DNA of 64,000 nt from Candidatus Woesearchaeota archaeon (GCA_030651375.1 JAUSFM010000006.1:12646-76645); one strand, 5' to 3'. Counted from the stretch's first letter, positions 49,801 to 60,200 are shown. Numbers and translations are program-made. Notes: a model not told the origin generated them from the letters alone.

Positions 49801-50206
49801 TGGTGCAGCGCGTGTTGGCGGGGCACTGCGCGTCTTCTTGGCATTCAAGCAGGCCGCCGCAGATGTCTGCGGGAATGGACGCTTCAAACGGCTTGACACT
49901 GACGAGCTCTCCGCCGGCTGCGTCACACGTGTTTTTGTATTTTGGCTGGCGCAGAGCGCCACCATGCGTGGTGCAGCAGCCGATGGAACACTGGGACGCG
50001 AGGCTGTCATCAGTACATGCCACATTTGAAAATGTGCCTTGTTTTGCAGCGCACAGCGCCTCATCACCGCCAAACATCACTTCACAGCCATTGGCGCTGA
50101 TGCAGCACGTTTCATCATTTGCCGCACCCAACACCGGCAGGGCGAAAAAAATAATACTAAGAAAACTAATGAGAAGAATACTTAGTACCATCCTCTTTTT
50201 CAGCAT
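43832..50206 (-). CDS. Giant (2124 aa) secreted Cys-rich/Ig-like surface protein
   Basis: Signal peptide; CENTVQDAGESDVDCGG and CRNGIVDAGEDCD repeats; tandem beta-rich domains ending in DxxxP. Confidence 0.85.
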   Translation of the reverse strand: MLKKRMVLSILLISFLSIIFFALPVLGAANDETCCISANGCEVMFGGDEALCAAKQGTFSNVACTDDSLASQCSIGCCTTHGGALRQPKYKNTCDAAGGELVSVKPFEASIPADICGGLLECQEDAQCPANTRCTNGICIPGARAEVSRCENTVQDAGESDVDCGGTCPPCAQEKKCATDRDCRAGLTCSTDTHRCAVQRTNCRNGIVDAGEDCDFEAGSNRMLFKQGTTSCADVEFEPGKKFSGGTLNCNSFCRFDTATCTYIPPSERRTAPTGVCGDGTLNTPNKDYFVETCEIGIDRCAVGSACGCTNPDQCGPTDCTCSPACETPAPTITTFQTDAQDMTHLQWAIPEVVSACLLASQHVRWCDNKKTNCAALPKSQWQSSADINSLRREFQKKTDDTVCVAVELNYQNKPAVTSDHICREECVEGQRFCDSTDVDKRKTNICSTGVLGSGEPCTAGTYCTEPSAGAIECKAPELCSKCNGAFQIFAGVLFDKPGVAAQQACEQLMGCTYDKSEKTVNQFRSCQDVQSCYGYRTKYACENDESHCKVAAGGCTWKTTNADLGLGICAPATQEKQQCSACSTQAPAAGNANPVLVGCDKQSCALFGDACYFSTGENTCEDVKSLGCDDYNDAGKPARAEKECVGDRLSRGGTKEVEIDARYDGAVRASGTNRISQRSNDLFSFGLCKWGSEPGERCFKDADGNGVDDCSFVQNPQECNRDFAAPETSVVAEKIKQDTNGRLKIGKFMDIPVRVSEPATTFFCLDHDCYPKNYTMCKIQKVLSAGDQSASRLNFYSQDRANNLEEVKHADIVVNINPPRKVHERVLSISADSPRELLVNLEYTEDVVCNAKLTNIKGDEVPADDTPAALLKSNAITDEHGRAFTRSFHNLKDDIYVFTYGCVNDFGNTDHGQEVKIIDTNKIHVVSGTFGGSEPITGARNIIARVQTDEPATCYINPMGTNREFVSFNAGDAEHMQESTERKEHTKNVELKDDLNVFQVACQFDGQQQLDGNRADRIVISKDIFAPSVRFFGTIDKTVALEPGNYGTAQNVFAYCSDSRVKDQYGLEGLDGGCGDVSMTVNGQPLAFAFAPDQTEGFISPFTPFLVGNSVQGGTATLEISGVRAADKQHHESVTFDREAFKISVADTGTGTIADTARVTIFDALGNELQPTPPPRIPKDSYRIKINTGRAASLDTMQATIFATGMILENGVLKIQGEKKNAGTISRADCQLEGVSTISCGVDLRRLQLENAGGDEKDFYTLEVQFEPVSVTEKGTDCFPGERASAQLAMMVQPLTITLVTATPEVQLEPIFSSVFFDAGEEWVAFSDENEYPIKYYPDEGLAYTNQRELFVTGVLKHPDITKKIEYYTGRCGGAQIKQKEFDPHEDFAQQRDALTTTAVNPPTGIMKTLTINTLPIDLTGKFLQFSPVVDDTGKVQKEYHRTGYGAYRHHYAIANVKLGTPNNLTLDAPLEEVPVRVAGQVGIPVNIFAKPTEENVFGEPVALEEGCNTFAAKGVGSILGDDIVVSRPSPDPTSLAGIIVDSQGPRVVQNSPAEGTTNEQITNVSIVVEEGSDGTFDAPLIPDSISVTIIPAESASTPAEESAESSETIIDGEGCERNVCTGTDSEVEYTYFLVSDRLVNENTGAFMESGEKQQLLETFGWDTLHDEYLDAELGGENKNSEGIITARLADHDGKMVMKKEELEGKRRYTITYRNGEPFTGGGLVIFKGFDKATNQLAPSQTGKPSWAFNTNEGTPQPPVWEFLAPAVKNNGTFYTSANGNVKIDYSANQEPVVIGDQNADGSINGRLFVKRFDAPLGQEDPMPARCERVQRNVFVCNQQDFTPEQFNKAYTLVAEARLKLSNDVEGPAGRHVSPVLVVDNQAPHIMSYDIPAAVAYNGVLRITLQVQDSGFDLKGRAVFDVPERPDLRREIPLTQAEHQIGTNNYVFEWNLEPERFRLTDEELLGQPHSLTVFVDDYANNVPAATITRDVALDFRGPDENAWKVDINTPFSIPEENKYFTREAVVKINGSFADNDICPTCLFVTPGNYLPGADTYDNQLMATILELPAKRFTTNLRLKAVENQVVNKTYTIMIKDIAGFNKTKTFTIVTDRRPPAQVSLNII

Positions 50207-50275
50207 CCAGTCACCAACATTTTTTTGCCTAGTATGCTCTCTATTCTGGCGTACTATCTTTAAAAATATTGTGGA

Positions 50276-51928
50276 TTATTCCCCCATTTTGTCAACGATA
50301 AGAATTACGAGCTGCTGGCGGTCACAGAGCGCATTGGTGTCCTTTGTTTTGATGTCACCATCATGGTCATCACACACCTCAACGGTTATGGTGTGGTAGC
50401 CGAAATCAAGCGGCTTGAGCGCGCGGTCTGTTCTGCGGATTGTTGCACGGTAGGCGTGCTTCTCTCCAGCAAGCGGCTCGTGTGCTCCAACTTCCCATGT
50501 TGATGGAACCGTTTCGACATTATCATCTCTGCACACATTCAACTCTTGCACATCTTTATAATTCGCAATCAGCGGACCTTTGTCTTCTGGCGGATTCTCA
50601 AACAGCTCGTTGGCATCAATTTCCGGCAGGTCAATCGCCTCTTCCTTGTCGTCTTTTTTTACCGTTCCCCAACACTCTTCCTTGAGCCGCTCGTTCCACT
50701 CGTCCGTGTTTATGTCCACAAAATGAATCGCATCCTCATCCGGATCATGGGCGAGAACATCAAATTCTATTTTTGTGCCTGGTGTGCCATACTCAAATAA
50801 AAGATCGAACGGCTTGAAATTTCCTTCTTTAAAATCAGTATCAGTATTGTCGTGAATAAAAGAAAGCACCGGCCGCCGGTTTGCCCGCGCCACATTAAAG
50901 ACGAGCGGCGCGCCGCTTAAGGATGATGCCGTGTCGAGAATGCTGACGGCGTCGTCATATTTTTTCTCAGCACATTTCGGGCAGCTAACCTCGATATCAA
51001 TACTTTTTTCATTTTTTTTATCATAATATTCGCTCTTTTTTTGATGCTCATTTTCATTCACGTCAAAGCTCAACTCCGTTCGGTCCCGCCGCATCAAGTC
51101 CTGTACCAATCCATAGATGCGCTTGAGCCGTGCAGAAATGCTGATGTGGTACTGTATAATTTCCCGGCTTGCTTTTTCAATACCAACGACAACCGGATAC
51201 GTTGCATCAACCGCAACATCCTCCTCACCAATGGTGACGGTGACGTCCGGCACCTCGACCGTGAAATTAACAATGCTAAATCCGCCCATCTGTTTTATTT
51301 TTTCTTCATTAATACATTCTTTCGCATGCGTGGTAATAAAATCATCCAGCTGGCCCTGGATTGAAATCGTGTCAGAAAAGCCTGCGGGGCACGGCGGCGC
51401 AACTCCACTCTGCTGGTCATTCGGCCCGCCTTTCTGGCACAGCGCCGGGATTTTCAAATCACCGAAGGGGAAGCGTTTTTCTGTCAGTGTATCGGGCTTG
51501 TCAACAAGCCAGTAATCAAATGGTGGCTGCGCTTGCTGTTCATTTTCTTTTCTGCTGGTCGGTTTGATGCGTGCATCTTTTGAAGGATAGTCTTCTTCAG
51601 TTGCGCGTTCAGGTATCCAATACTTTACCTGATTGCCCCCAAACGCCATAAATGTTCCGGGCGCCGGCTGTAATTCGCCGCCATTGGCAGCGAGCTGTTG
51701 TATGCCCTGCACTGCTGTTTTTTCAAGGCACAGCTCGACATAATTCCGCACTGATTCAGTTCGGAGCAGCTCGCCAATTTCACTCGCGCTTTTCTGCAGC
51801 GGCGCGAGCTGTTTTTGTGAAGTAAGAGAAAGCATCATGCTGACGAGAACAACCATAATAATACCGATGATAATAAAGGCCGTTGCCTGTGCTTTTTTTC
51901 CTGTGTGGCCGGTTTGGGGAGTAATCAT
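50276..51928 (-). CDS. Large class III signal peptide protein with cadherin/Ig-like C-terminus
   Basis: GKKA|QATAFIIIGIIMVVLV; VRNYVELCL; NRRP...AHDPDED. Confidence 0.8.
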   Translation of the reverse strand: MITPQTGHTGKKAQATAFIIIGIIMVVLVSMMLSLTSQKQLAPLQKSASEIGELLRTESVRNYVELCLEKTAVQGIQQLAANGGELQPAPGTFMAFGGNQVKYWIPERATEEDYPSKDARIKPTSRKENEQQAQPPFDYWLVDKPDTLTEKRFPFGDLKIPALCQKGGPNDQQSGVAPPCPAGFSDTISIQGQLDDFITTHAKECINEEKIKQMGGFSIVNFTVEVPDVTVTIGEEDVAVDATYPVVVGIEKASREIIQYHISISARLKRIYGLVQDLMRRDRTELSFDVNENEHQKKSEYYDKKNEKSIDIEVSCPKCAEKKYDDAVSILDTASSLSGAPLVFNVARANRRPVLSFIHDNTDTDFKEGNFKPFDLLFEYGTPGTKIEFDVLAHDPDEDAIHFVDINTDEWNERLKEECWGTVKKDDKEEAIDLPEIDANELFENPPEDKGPLIANYKDVQELNVCRDDNVETVPSTWEVGAHEPLAGEKHAYRATIRRTDRALKPLDFGYHTITVEVCDDHDGDIKTKDTNALCDRQQLVILIVDKMGE

Positions 51929-51938
51929 GCGTGCCTCC

Positions 51939-52448
51939 TTATCGAAGCTGAATGAGTGAAACAAGCTGGTGCCAGAGCTTGGTGTTCGACGCGGCGATTT
52001 TGACAAAATTTGAGCCGGTGTCAGCATCTTTTTTGCAGGTAACAAGTTCACGCTCATCAGCTGCAAGGTTCTGCTCAATCTTTTGGCAGACATCGATGTC
52101 AATGTGCTGATATTTGATCGTGCTTATCGCGGCACGGTCAATTGCACCATTTTCACGCTTTGCAAGAATCATCTTGTCGCCACTTTTGACAATGCTAATT
52201 CCGCGCACTTTTTTTGTCGGCCCGGAAAGAGCCAAGAACGTGTCAACACTTATATCTCCACTGTCTGCGCTTATTGCACCCCGTATCCGGTCAATGGCTT
52301 CTTGAGTAACCGTCCCTACATTTTCAAGTGCTTCGTTAACCCCCTCTTTGATGTCATCAAAAACCCCCTCTAAAAAAGCATGCACAGGATATGCAAGAAG
52401 AATAAATACCAGTACTATAATACTTCCACTAAACAGTCTGTTTTTCAT
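51939..52448 (-). CDS. Secreted hypothetical protein
   Basis: Signal peptide ending VHA; coupled to the upstream gene (ATGA overlap). Confidence 0.7.
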   Translation of the reverse strand: MKNRLFSGSIIVLVFILLAYPVHAFLEGVFDDIKEGVNEALENVGTVTQEAIDRIRGAISADSGDISVDTFLALSGPTKKVRGISIVKSGDKMILAKRENGAIDRAAISTIKYQHIDIDVCQKIEQNLAADERELVTCKKDADTGSNFVKIAASNTKLWHQLVSLIQLR

Positions 52449-55400
52449 CCTTCCACCTTAAATGCCTTCGGCGAGTACAGGAGCGCGTTGAGGCGTTTGC
52501 TATACCACACATTTGCTGGTTCGGTTGGCTTGCCGAACGGCTTTAATTCCAAAAATCCAGAGCCTGTTCGTGCCCGTTCCGTATCCCATACACCATTGCA
52601 GCCATGGAACTCTTCTCCCTTTCTTGCAATTTCCTGTCTGAACGCTTCCTGATACTTAAAGACGCCGAGGCATTGAGTAAAGAGTGTCTCACCATTAACG
52701 CTCTGCTGTTTATTGTATGCCGTATCAAGCGCTGACAACACGCTGTTTTCCGCGGCTGGCGATTTGATTATTGTCTCTGGTTCAGTGAGCGCAAGAGCAA
52801 CAATCACTTGATTTTTTGCAAGGGGAATTTCACTCAACAATCCTTTGTAGAGTGTGTTGAGCAACGCATGCGTATTCGTCTGAAGTACGCAGGCGTACGC
52901 AGCTCCCCCATTTTCAAAGAAGTGTGTGACATCGCCCGACAGTGCCGCGCTGAACTCCTTGTTCACCAACACTTCTTCAGGCGTATCGCAATAGATACTA
53001 TACGGAAGCCCTGCGCGGTCAACGATGCGCGTATCAGGAAGGTGCGCAAGTACACTTGCCAGTTTTACCGGCCTGCTTGTCCATGTTCCAGCATCGCAAA
53101 ACACATCTTCGCCCGCATCACCGCTGTTCGCCGGGCCGAAGAAACCGTCAGGCTTGCAGGTCATTTCGGTACGCGCTCCAGCGGCAACTGCATACGCGCA
53201 TGCATCTCCCGGGCAGACGCGTGAACCGTCGCTAAACTGGTTTGTTTTTCTATCTCCCACTTTCCATTCGCCATTGCTGCAGAACAACGCTTTCTCTTGA
53301 TTGGCGCTGAAGAAGCGGCCATCAAAGTTTCCTTGCACACAGCGCGCTCCATCCCAACATTCGGTTGCTGCGCAGCAGTCAGTTTCTACTGATCGTGGTA
53401 CATTTTCTGCGTTGATGCCGATTTCTCTAAACAGTTGGGCAGATGGCTCACTTTTTTCAACAACCTGCCCTTCTGCAAACTTCCAGATATTTTCCAGCGA
53501 ACAGAACGCATTGCCGAATTTGGCTGCGCATGACGGCTGGGAGTTTTGGGCACTGGTAACCAGCGGCCCTTCGTTTGCTTCACTCGATGGATTTGTTTTC
53601 TGCAATTGTGCAAGCTCAAAATCAGCAAGGGCGCATCCGAGAAAAGAACCTTGCGTGTGCAGTATCTTTTGTGGGAGATGCGCGTACATCTGTACATTTC
53701 TGATAGTGTTGTTTTTTTCTCCCTGATTGGTGAAATCGACGGTTAATCGCTTCTCGCGTGTTGAAGGAATTGCCAGCTTAAATCGCTGAAACGCGCCGGT
53801 ACTGTATTCTACCGTTGAAAGATCATGTGGCTGCCGGTGCTCGTCAAAATAACGAATCCGAAGGCGATCACCGGTTTTTTTAACCTGAACCTCTGCATCA
53901 ACAATAATTACTAATCCTACTGGGTTATTTACTTCCATTGAGCGCGCTATTTTTCCAGGAAAAAGAACCAATTCTTCGCCTCCATTAATACGATTTTGGA
54001 TTACAAAATTTTGTGATTCTTTTCCCGAGTTCACTTCAACACTCACGCCCGATCCAAAAATAGATGATACCGATGATATCTGGCCTGGTGCATTATGTGC
54101 ATCAAAAAATGAATTTCCGCCTGCCTTGTTTTGTTCAACTGCCTGATTCGCAATACACGCCTGTACTACACCACCATCACTCATTGAAAAGAACTCATTC
54201 TGCCCATCACCACCACAGCAGGCGCCTGGATTGCTAAACCGGTTGTTTGCTTTCCGCACCAGCCATGTTCCTGCTTTTTTTTCTTCGCAGATAAATGGAT
54301 TGGCATTTGCATCCAGTTCTGATTGGCCGCAGCCGATAAATTCAGCAAGTTCAGAATGCTGATCGACATCTCTTTGTTTGATGACCCTTAGCCGTTCATT
54401 CCGAGGGGTGTTCGGGCATTTTAAATCATCTTTATTCTGAATAGAATCTTCATCAATGTCTTCTAATCGTTCTGCCGCTGTCAAATCTTTGCAGCACAAC
54501 ATGCCGCCGGGCGCGTCGATGAATTGTTCATTCCCCCCTCCGAAACCAAATCCACCAACACTCCCTTTTGCCTGCACAAACCCGCACGCAAATTCGTTTG
54601 TGTCACACAATTTTTCTTCATCCTTGATGAGCACAATCCGCGGCTCACGCTGAATCGGAAGCGCATGCCCATTCTCCTGCACCACACAACAGGCCAACTG
54701 TTTAAATTCATTGGTTTGCGCATCTTTGATTGCGCCACACATCACCGGCGTTGATTCCTCACACTGTACAGTGCGTTGTTCCTGTTGTTTCGGATCTTCT
54801 TTTGGCGGGAACTGAAACGGAGTAATTGTTGCTTCGCCGACAGCAAGATTGTTCAACGTGCAGCACTGCACAAAATCAAGGCCTGTTTTATCCACCGGGT
54901 CGTCTTTTAGTTCTTTTGCGCCGCAGACAACCTGGCCTTCACCGCACTTTTGTAGCGGATCAGTACTGATTGAATTTGCGAGATTAACCCGCGCGATAAT
55001 CTCCGGTCTATCAACTTTGTCATCCGGCTTGAGGGTTCCCGGCGGACATTTTTGTTTTGTTGCATCATCCAATTTATCAAATTCTTCGCGGGTGATGCTT
55101 ACATCTCTACCATCTATCGTGCACCAATGATCCCCTGCTTGATCTGCTGCAACACATGCACCATCCAGATCACTTGCTGTAATGAGGCATACCTGATTGT
55201 CCCTTTTGTTATCATCTTGACTGAATGGCGCTGCCCGCGTGTAACATTGATTACGTAGTACACGTTCTGTTGTTGGAAGGATACAACAATCATTGGAACC
55301 AAAACCTCGGTCAATATGTCTCCCCCCCTTATCTTCACAATCTCCTGTCCACCAATCAATCGAACAATCCCTCGTGCTACCCTCAACTATTTCTGGAAAT

Positions 55401-55510
55401 GTTTTAATAAAACAGGCACCTTCTACAGCCGGAACAAAAGAGAGTACCATCCACAAACAAAGAAAAATGAAAAGTAGTATCCCTGAAACTAACCTACCCT
55501 CTTTTTTCAT
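52445..55510 (-). CDS. Large Cys-rich secreted protein
   Basis: Signal peptide MKKEGRLV...VEG; repeated C....VCG....CC units. Confidence 0.8.
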   Translation of the reverse strand: MKKEGRLVSGILLFIFLCLWMVLSFVPAVEGACFIKTFPEIVEGSTRDCSIDWWTGDCEDKGGRHIDRGFGSNDCCILPTTERVLRNQCYTRAAPFSQDDNKRDNQVCLITASDLDGACVAADQAGDHWCTIDGRDVSITREEFDKLDDATKQKCPPGTLKPDDKVDRPEIIARVNLANSISTDPLQKCGEGQVVCGAKELKDDPVDKTGLDFVQCCTLNNLAVGEATITPFQFPPKEDPKQQEQRTVQCEESTPVMCGAIKDAQTNEFKQLACCVVQENGHALPIQREPRIVLIKDEEKLCDTNEFACGFVQAKGSVGGFGFGGGNEQFIDAPGGMLCCKDLTAAERLEDIDEDSIQNKDDLKCPNTPRNERLRVIKQRDVDQHSELAEFIGCGQSELDANANPFICEEKKAGTWLVRKANNRFSNPGACCGGDGQNEFFSMSDGGVVQACIANQAVEQNKAGGNSFFDAHNAPGQISSVSSIFGSGVSVEVNSGKESQNFVIQNRINGGEELVLFPGKIARSMEVNNPVGLVIIVDAEVQVKKTGDRLRIRYFDEHRQPHDLSTVEYSTGAFQRFKLAIPSTREKRLTVDFTNQGEKNNTIRNVQMYAHLPQKILHTQGSFLGCALADFELAQLQKTNPSSEANEGPLVTSAQNSQPSCAAKFGNAFCSLENIWKFAEGQVVEKSEPSAQLFREIGINAENVPRSVETDCCAATECWDGARCVQGNFDGRFFSANQEKALFCSNGEWKVGDRKTNQFSDGSRVCPGDACAYAVAAGARTEMTCKPDGFFGPANSGDAGEDVFCDAGTWTSRPVKLASVLAHLPDTRIVDRAGLPYSIYCDTPEEVLVNKEFSAALSGDVTHFFENGGAAYACVLQTNTHALLNTLYKGLLSEIPLAKNQVIVALALTEPETIIKSPAAENSVLSALDTAYNKQQSVNGETLFTQCLGVFKYQEAFRQEIARKGEEFHGCNGVWDTERARTGSGFLELKPFGKPTEPANVWYSKRLNALLYSPKAFKVEG

Positions 55511-55562
55511 TCGTGCCACCCACCTGTAGCGTGGCTTTTTCTTTATAAAGTTATTTTTGTTT

Positions 55563-56084
55563 TCAGGCGATTTTCTGTTCCAGCGCTGTTTTCGCCTCTC
55601 CAGCGGCCATTCCAATAAGTTCGCCGAATGCCAGCATGTCATGGGCAGCGCGCATTTCATACAGGTTTGTTGCGCCAGAAATCAGGAGCATGGGCACCTT
55701 ATATCTTCTGCAGAGCATCACATTCTGGCGCATTCTGCCCAACAGAATGCCCCGCGCCGCGCCCTGCGCCGTGAGAATCGTATTGAAATTAAACGCAATC
55801 ATTTTTTCTTTGTCGTGCGCGAGTGCTGCAAGCACATGGTTGAAGCCGGATTTTCGCTGGTGCGTGCCATCGCGTTCACCATGCACTTCAAGATTGTAAA
55901 AAATGTGTATCGGGCTCTTTTCAATGGCGTGGCGCGTTTTTTCCGGCACGCCTGCGCTGTTCATAATCAGATCTCTACGTAGGTTTTTTCCGACGACATA
56001 AACTGTTTCGTACCCCAGTTTTTTGCCGAGTGCCTCAAACGGTGCGGTTTGGTGTTCTTTGTCCGGAATCACGATGTCAATCAT
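55563..56084 (-). CDS. rnp3: RNase P protein component Rpp30-like
   Basis: HQRKSGFNHVLA, IAFNF, LCRRYKVPMLLISGATNLYEMR. Confidence 0.85.
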   Translation of the reverse strand: MIDIVIPDKEHQTAPFEALGKKLGYETVYVVGKNLRRDLIMNSAGVPEKTRHAIEKSPIHIFYNLEVHGERDGTHQRKSGFNHVLAALAHDKEKMIAFNFNTILTAQGAARGILLGRMRQNVMLCRRYKVPMLLISGATNLYEMRAAHDMLAFGELIGMAAGEAKTALEQKIA

Positions 56085-57178
56085 GGGGTTAGTACAATCA
56101 GTTGTTCGTAGGGTGCGGTGGTCTCTATTTGTTTGGTATTTTCTGCCTTTTCCTTGTCTTTGTTATCTATTTTATTGTCCACTTTTTCTATCTTCTGGAG
56201 CAGTGAGCAGGCATTGCACAACTCATTGTTTGTTGGCTCGCTGCAGGCGATGCATTCGCGCAGTGTTTTTTCCTGCGCGCCGTAGTGCGCCTTGAGCCGG
56301 GGAAGGATGCCCATAAACGCCTTCATGATGTTTTCTTTTGCTTGTTCGGCGTTTGGCACAATGCTGAATATATTGCGGATTTCCCGTCGGTAGGAATCGC
56401 TGCTGCACGGGCACATGCCGTACTTGACTGGCAGCTCCATCATTTTTGCGTAGCGCACCACGTCTACTTCGCGGGTGAAGTAGAACGGCTTGACGCGCTG
56501 GACAAATCTCACATCATCTCCGAGGCCACTCTTGGGCCCGAGGCGTGCCGCACATTCGACATTGCTGCGCAGCAGGTTCATCATGATAACTTGGGATTCA
56601 TCGTCAAGGTTGTGGCCCGTTGCGATACAATCCGGGCCGAGCTCTTTTGCTTTTTTGTTGATCAAATACCTACGCAGCACGCCGCAGACGTGGCAGCTCT
56701 TGTAGTCATATCCATTTGCGTGCAGCCGGTCGCGGATGTGGCACAACGCCATGCCGAATTCGTTTCTGAAATCAATTTCGTGGAGCGCGATGTTTATTTT
56801 CTGGCAGAATTGCCGGAGATTTTTGAGGTTTTCTTCGGTGTAGCAGCCAATTCTCGCATCAACCGTTACCGCCTCTATAGTATAGCCAAGGTTTTTGAGC
56901 ACGTGCAACAAGGCGGTTGAGTCCTTGCCGCCGCTTGCCGCAACCAAGACCTTGCTTTTTTTGGTGAACAGGTGGTGGTCGCTGATTGTTTTTTCAACCT
57001 GTTCCTGAAACTGTGCAATAAACGCAGCATCGTACGGCTCGGGAGGCGCTGTTTTTGGCAGTACCGTACAGCAGGCCTGCCCCTCTGTTTCAGAAACACT
57101 GCCACCAGTACGAGCGCTGTTGCCACTATCTGCGCCACTATCTATAGTCTCTATCTCTATATGAAATTCAGTCTCCAT
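56081..57178 (-). CDS. ttuA: tRNA 2-thiolation enzyme, TtuA/Ncs6 family
   Basis: SGGKDS PP-loop, CHVCGVLRR, ATGHNLDDE, CPC, C-terminal CxxC..CxxC. Confidence 0.9.
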   Translation of the reverse strand: METEFHIEIETIDSGADSGNSARTGGSVSETEGQACCTVLPKTAPPEPYDAAFIAQFQEQVEKTISDHHLFTKKSKVLVAASGGKDSTALLHVLKNLGYTIEAVTVDARIGCYTEENLKNLRQFCQKINIALHEIDFRNEFGMALCHIRDRLHANGYDYKSCHVCGVLRRYLINKKAKELGPDCIATGHNLDDESQVIMMNLLRSNVECAARLGPKSGLGDDVRFVQRVKPFYFTREVDVVRYAKMMELPVKYGMCPCSSDSYRREIRNIFSIVPNAEQAKENIMKAFMGILPRLKAHYGAQEKTLRECIACSEPTNNELCNACSLLQKIEKVDNKIDNKDKEKAENTKQIETTAPYEQLIVLTP

Positions 57179-57285
57179 GGGGCTTTATAAGCTCGCTTTG
57201 GGTTTTTAAGCTTTTTGGTAGGTAAGTACCACAAATTTTAAATAGGGAAGCTTTCTCGTGGAGTAGTACTTGGGGGATATGAGCA

Positions 57286-60200
57286 ATGAGTAGTAAAAAC
57301 GGAATTTTTCACCGAGCGGGCATACTTTTTCCCCGTTCATTACTAAGCTACCAATCCTGCCGATCATATGCTTCATTCTTTATTGCACTCCTCCTTATCG
57401 GCGTCACGATTCTTGCCGCGCTCGGCCTTCCTGCCAGCGCGCTGCGTGAAGATTTTCTCGCGCTTTCCCAGCAAAAAACTCTGCCAGTGTGCGGCTGCAG
57501 CATTCGCACCAACACGGTCACCGTAAAAAACACCGGCGACATCACCAGCGTCTATGAACTTTCGCAAGCCGGCGACGCCGCGTCATGGAGCACGCTCACT
57601 GAAACCCGATTTAGCCTCAAGCCCGGGCAGGTACAAGATGTTGCGCAATTTGTTCGTGCACCATGCAGCGCTGAAGGCGCCAGCAAAAATACCATTACCA
57701 TCTCTACACTCTTCCAAACATCAAAAAAAATTGAGCAGGACTTTACCGTGCCGGTCTGCAACAACATTGTTGTTGTGCCAGTCAGAAACAGCGCCGTATC
57801 ATGCCCTGCCCAGCCGACACAGTTTTCATTCATGCTCGCTAATCCACTTTCCTATCCTGAAGTGTACGACGTGAGCGTTGCGCCCACCACGGTCTCGCTC
57901 ACCAATGGTGATGCCGTATTGGCCAGCAAGGCAATAAGCATCAGCGAGCACAGCATCCTGCTTGCGCCGCAGCAGAAAAAGAAAATTCTTCTCTTCCTCC
58001 AGCTGCCATCAACCGTCTACGGCGATGCCGCATTCGCACTCACCGTCAGCACGCGCAACAGCGGGCTGCAAACCACGATTCCATTCCGCGCGGTGATTAA
58101 CCAATGCTATGATTTCCAGCTTTCCCTTCCTGCATCAATCAAATTTTGCACTGAATTTGAAAACCGCTTGCCACTCCAACTTGCGAACACCGCAAACATT
58201 CGAAATGAATACCAGCTCACCGCCGGCATCATGACACCCGAGGGCGCGTCACAGGAAGAATATGATCTCGGTGCCTATGCGCTTCCGGGAAAAGTCCGCC
58301 AGCAAGTTTCAACCGACCTGCTCGTTGAGTCAGAGCCCGGCGATTATGTGCTTGGTGTTGAAGCAACGCCAACACTGGGCGATCTTGCAAAATATGCAGA
58401 ATCACCTCTTGAAATCACATACTGTGATGACAACGGAAAATCGCTCACTCCAGAAGAATACGATGCATTACAAACGGTGCTGGAACAGCCAGAGCCGCAG
58501 CCGGCTGATGAAACTGAAGCCGGAACAACCGAACCTACTGACACTACTGACGGAACAACCGAAGAAAATCCCGTTTCAACCGCATTTGTTGCATTCCCGA
58601 TTATTCTCGTCGTCATTGTGCTCCTTTTGGGAATCATTGCCGCGCGTAAGCGCAAAAAATTATTCCTGCCTGCAACCGTGCCGACGTACGCTCACCTGAT
58701 TCGCGCTCACGCGCCTACAAAAAAACGAAAAGCCCTTATCATCAGCGTCCTTGCAATTGTCTTTGTACTGCTCCTGCTCATCGGCCTGTTGCTCGTCAAT
58801 TCACTTTCCCCACCTGCTGAAAGTGATGAGTCAGGCAACTTCACTGAAGAATTGCCTGTTGAAGAAATAGAAGAGCCAGCGCCAGCAGAACAACCAGAAG
58901 AGCAGCTGAATGTCTCCACTATCTCTGAAGATGAAACTGGAGAACAGCCAGCCACGTCACCACTTATATCTATTTTATTCATCCTCCTCATTGCCTTTAT
59001 CGGACTCCTCCTTGTGGTGCTCGCCTACAAAATCAAGAAGCGGCGCGCACGCCTTGCAATCTATAATCTGGGCTCAAGCAAAGGCGTTTCCGACAAGCCC
59101 TTTGTGCTTCGTACTAACATTCTTGATGTCAAGGACAAAGCAGAAAAGGCGCTTCGCACGCCGCGAAAAATGAAACTGCTCAAATGGCTCGGCGCCCTGT
59201 TCCTTGTTGCACTTCTGGTTCTCGGCGGCATCGGCCTTGCAACGATGCTGAAATCATCGCACCAAAACAGCATTGTATCTATTGATGACTCCTTTGCAGA
59301 GCGCGCAGCGGCACTCGGCGTTACCTTCTCTGGCGCAACCATTCGGATTCCTGCAGGAGGAAAAGAAGTAACCATTCCACTCGTTTTCAGAAACATCGAT
59401 GACGGCACGCCGCGCACCGTCAACATGGACTTTGGCATTGACTGGCTCAAGCCAAGCTCAACCAGTGTATTGCTCAAGCCAGGCCGCGAAAAAACCGCAG
59501 ACCTCACCATCCAAAGCACAGCACCCACGGGCAGCTACACCATACTCTTCGAAGTGACCAACGATAAAGGCGAGCTGTTTGCTGCCGATGAATTAAACCT
59601 TGATATCGTCGGTAAAAACGCATGGCTCCCCGCAGCCATCGGTATCATCGTTGGAGTCCTTATCATTATTGTCTTACTCGTTATCAGAAAACTAAAAAAG
59701 AAAAAGCCAACCACACAAATCATTGGCGACGAAACCTCAATGATTGAAACTGTTGCCCACCACAAGCTGCGTGAAGCAGCAGAGCGGGAAGCTGCCGCAG
59801 AATCAGTGCGCCGTGCCGCGCTCAAAGAAGAAAAGCGCGCTGCACGCCGGAAAAAAATAAAGAAAACCGGAATCTCTGTTGGCGTTCTCCTGCTTGTCGC
59901 ACTCCTCACGCTTGGTGTTTTCACGCTCTCACGTAATTACATGATCACCTTCAATCCATCGTCTGCTGCGCCCGTTGAAATCAGTGCTGAAGAGCCGGTT
60001 GAGTACACGCTGAATGTGACCGGTCTCACCAGCGTTCCCATCAAAATCCTCAACAAGAACAAAAATATCGTTTACAATATTACCGCTGAAAGCAGTGAAG
60101 ACTGGATTACTTTTGACCTGCGCAGTGTAGTAGTTGAGCCGCAAGACAGTGAGACAATCACCATGCTCCTTGCGCCCCATGGCGGCGTGAAAGACGGCAC

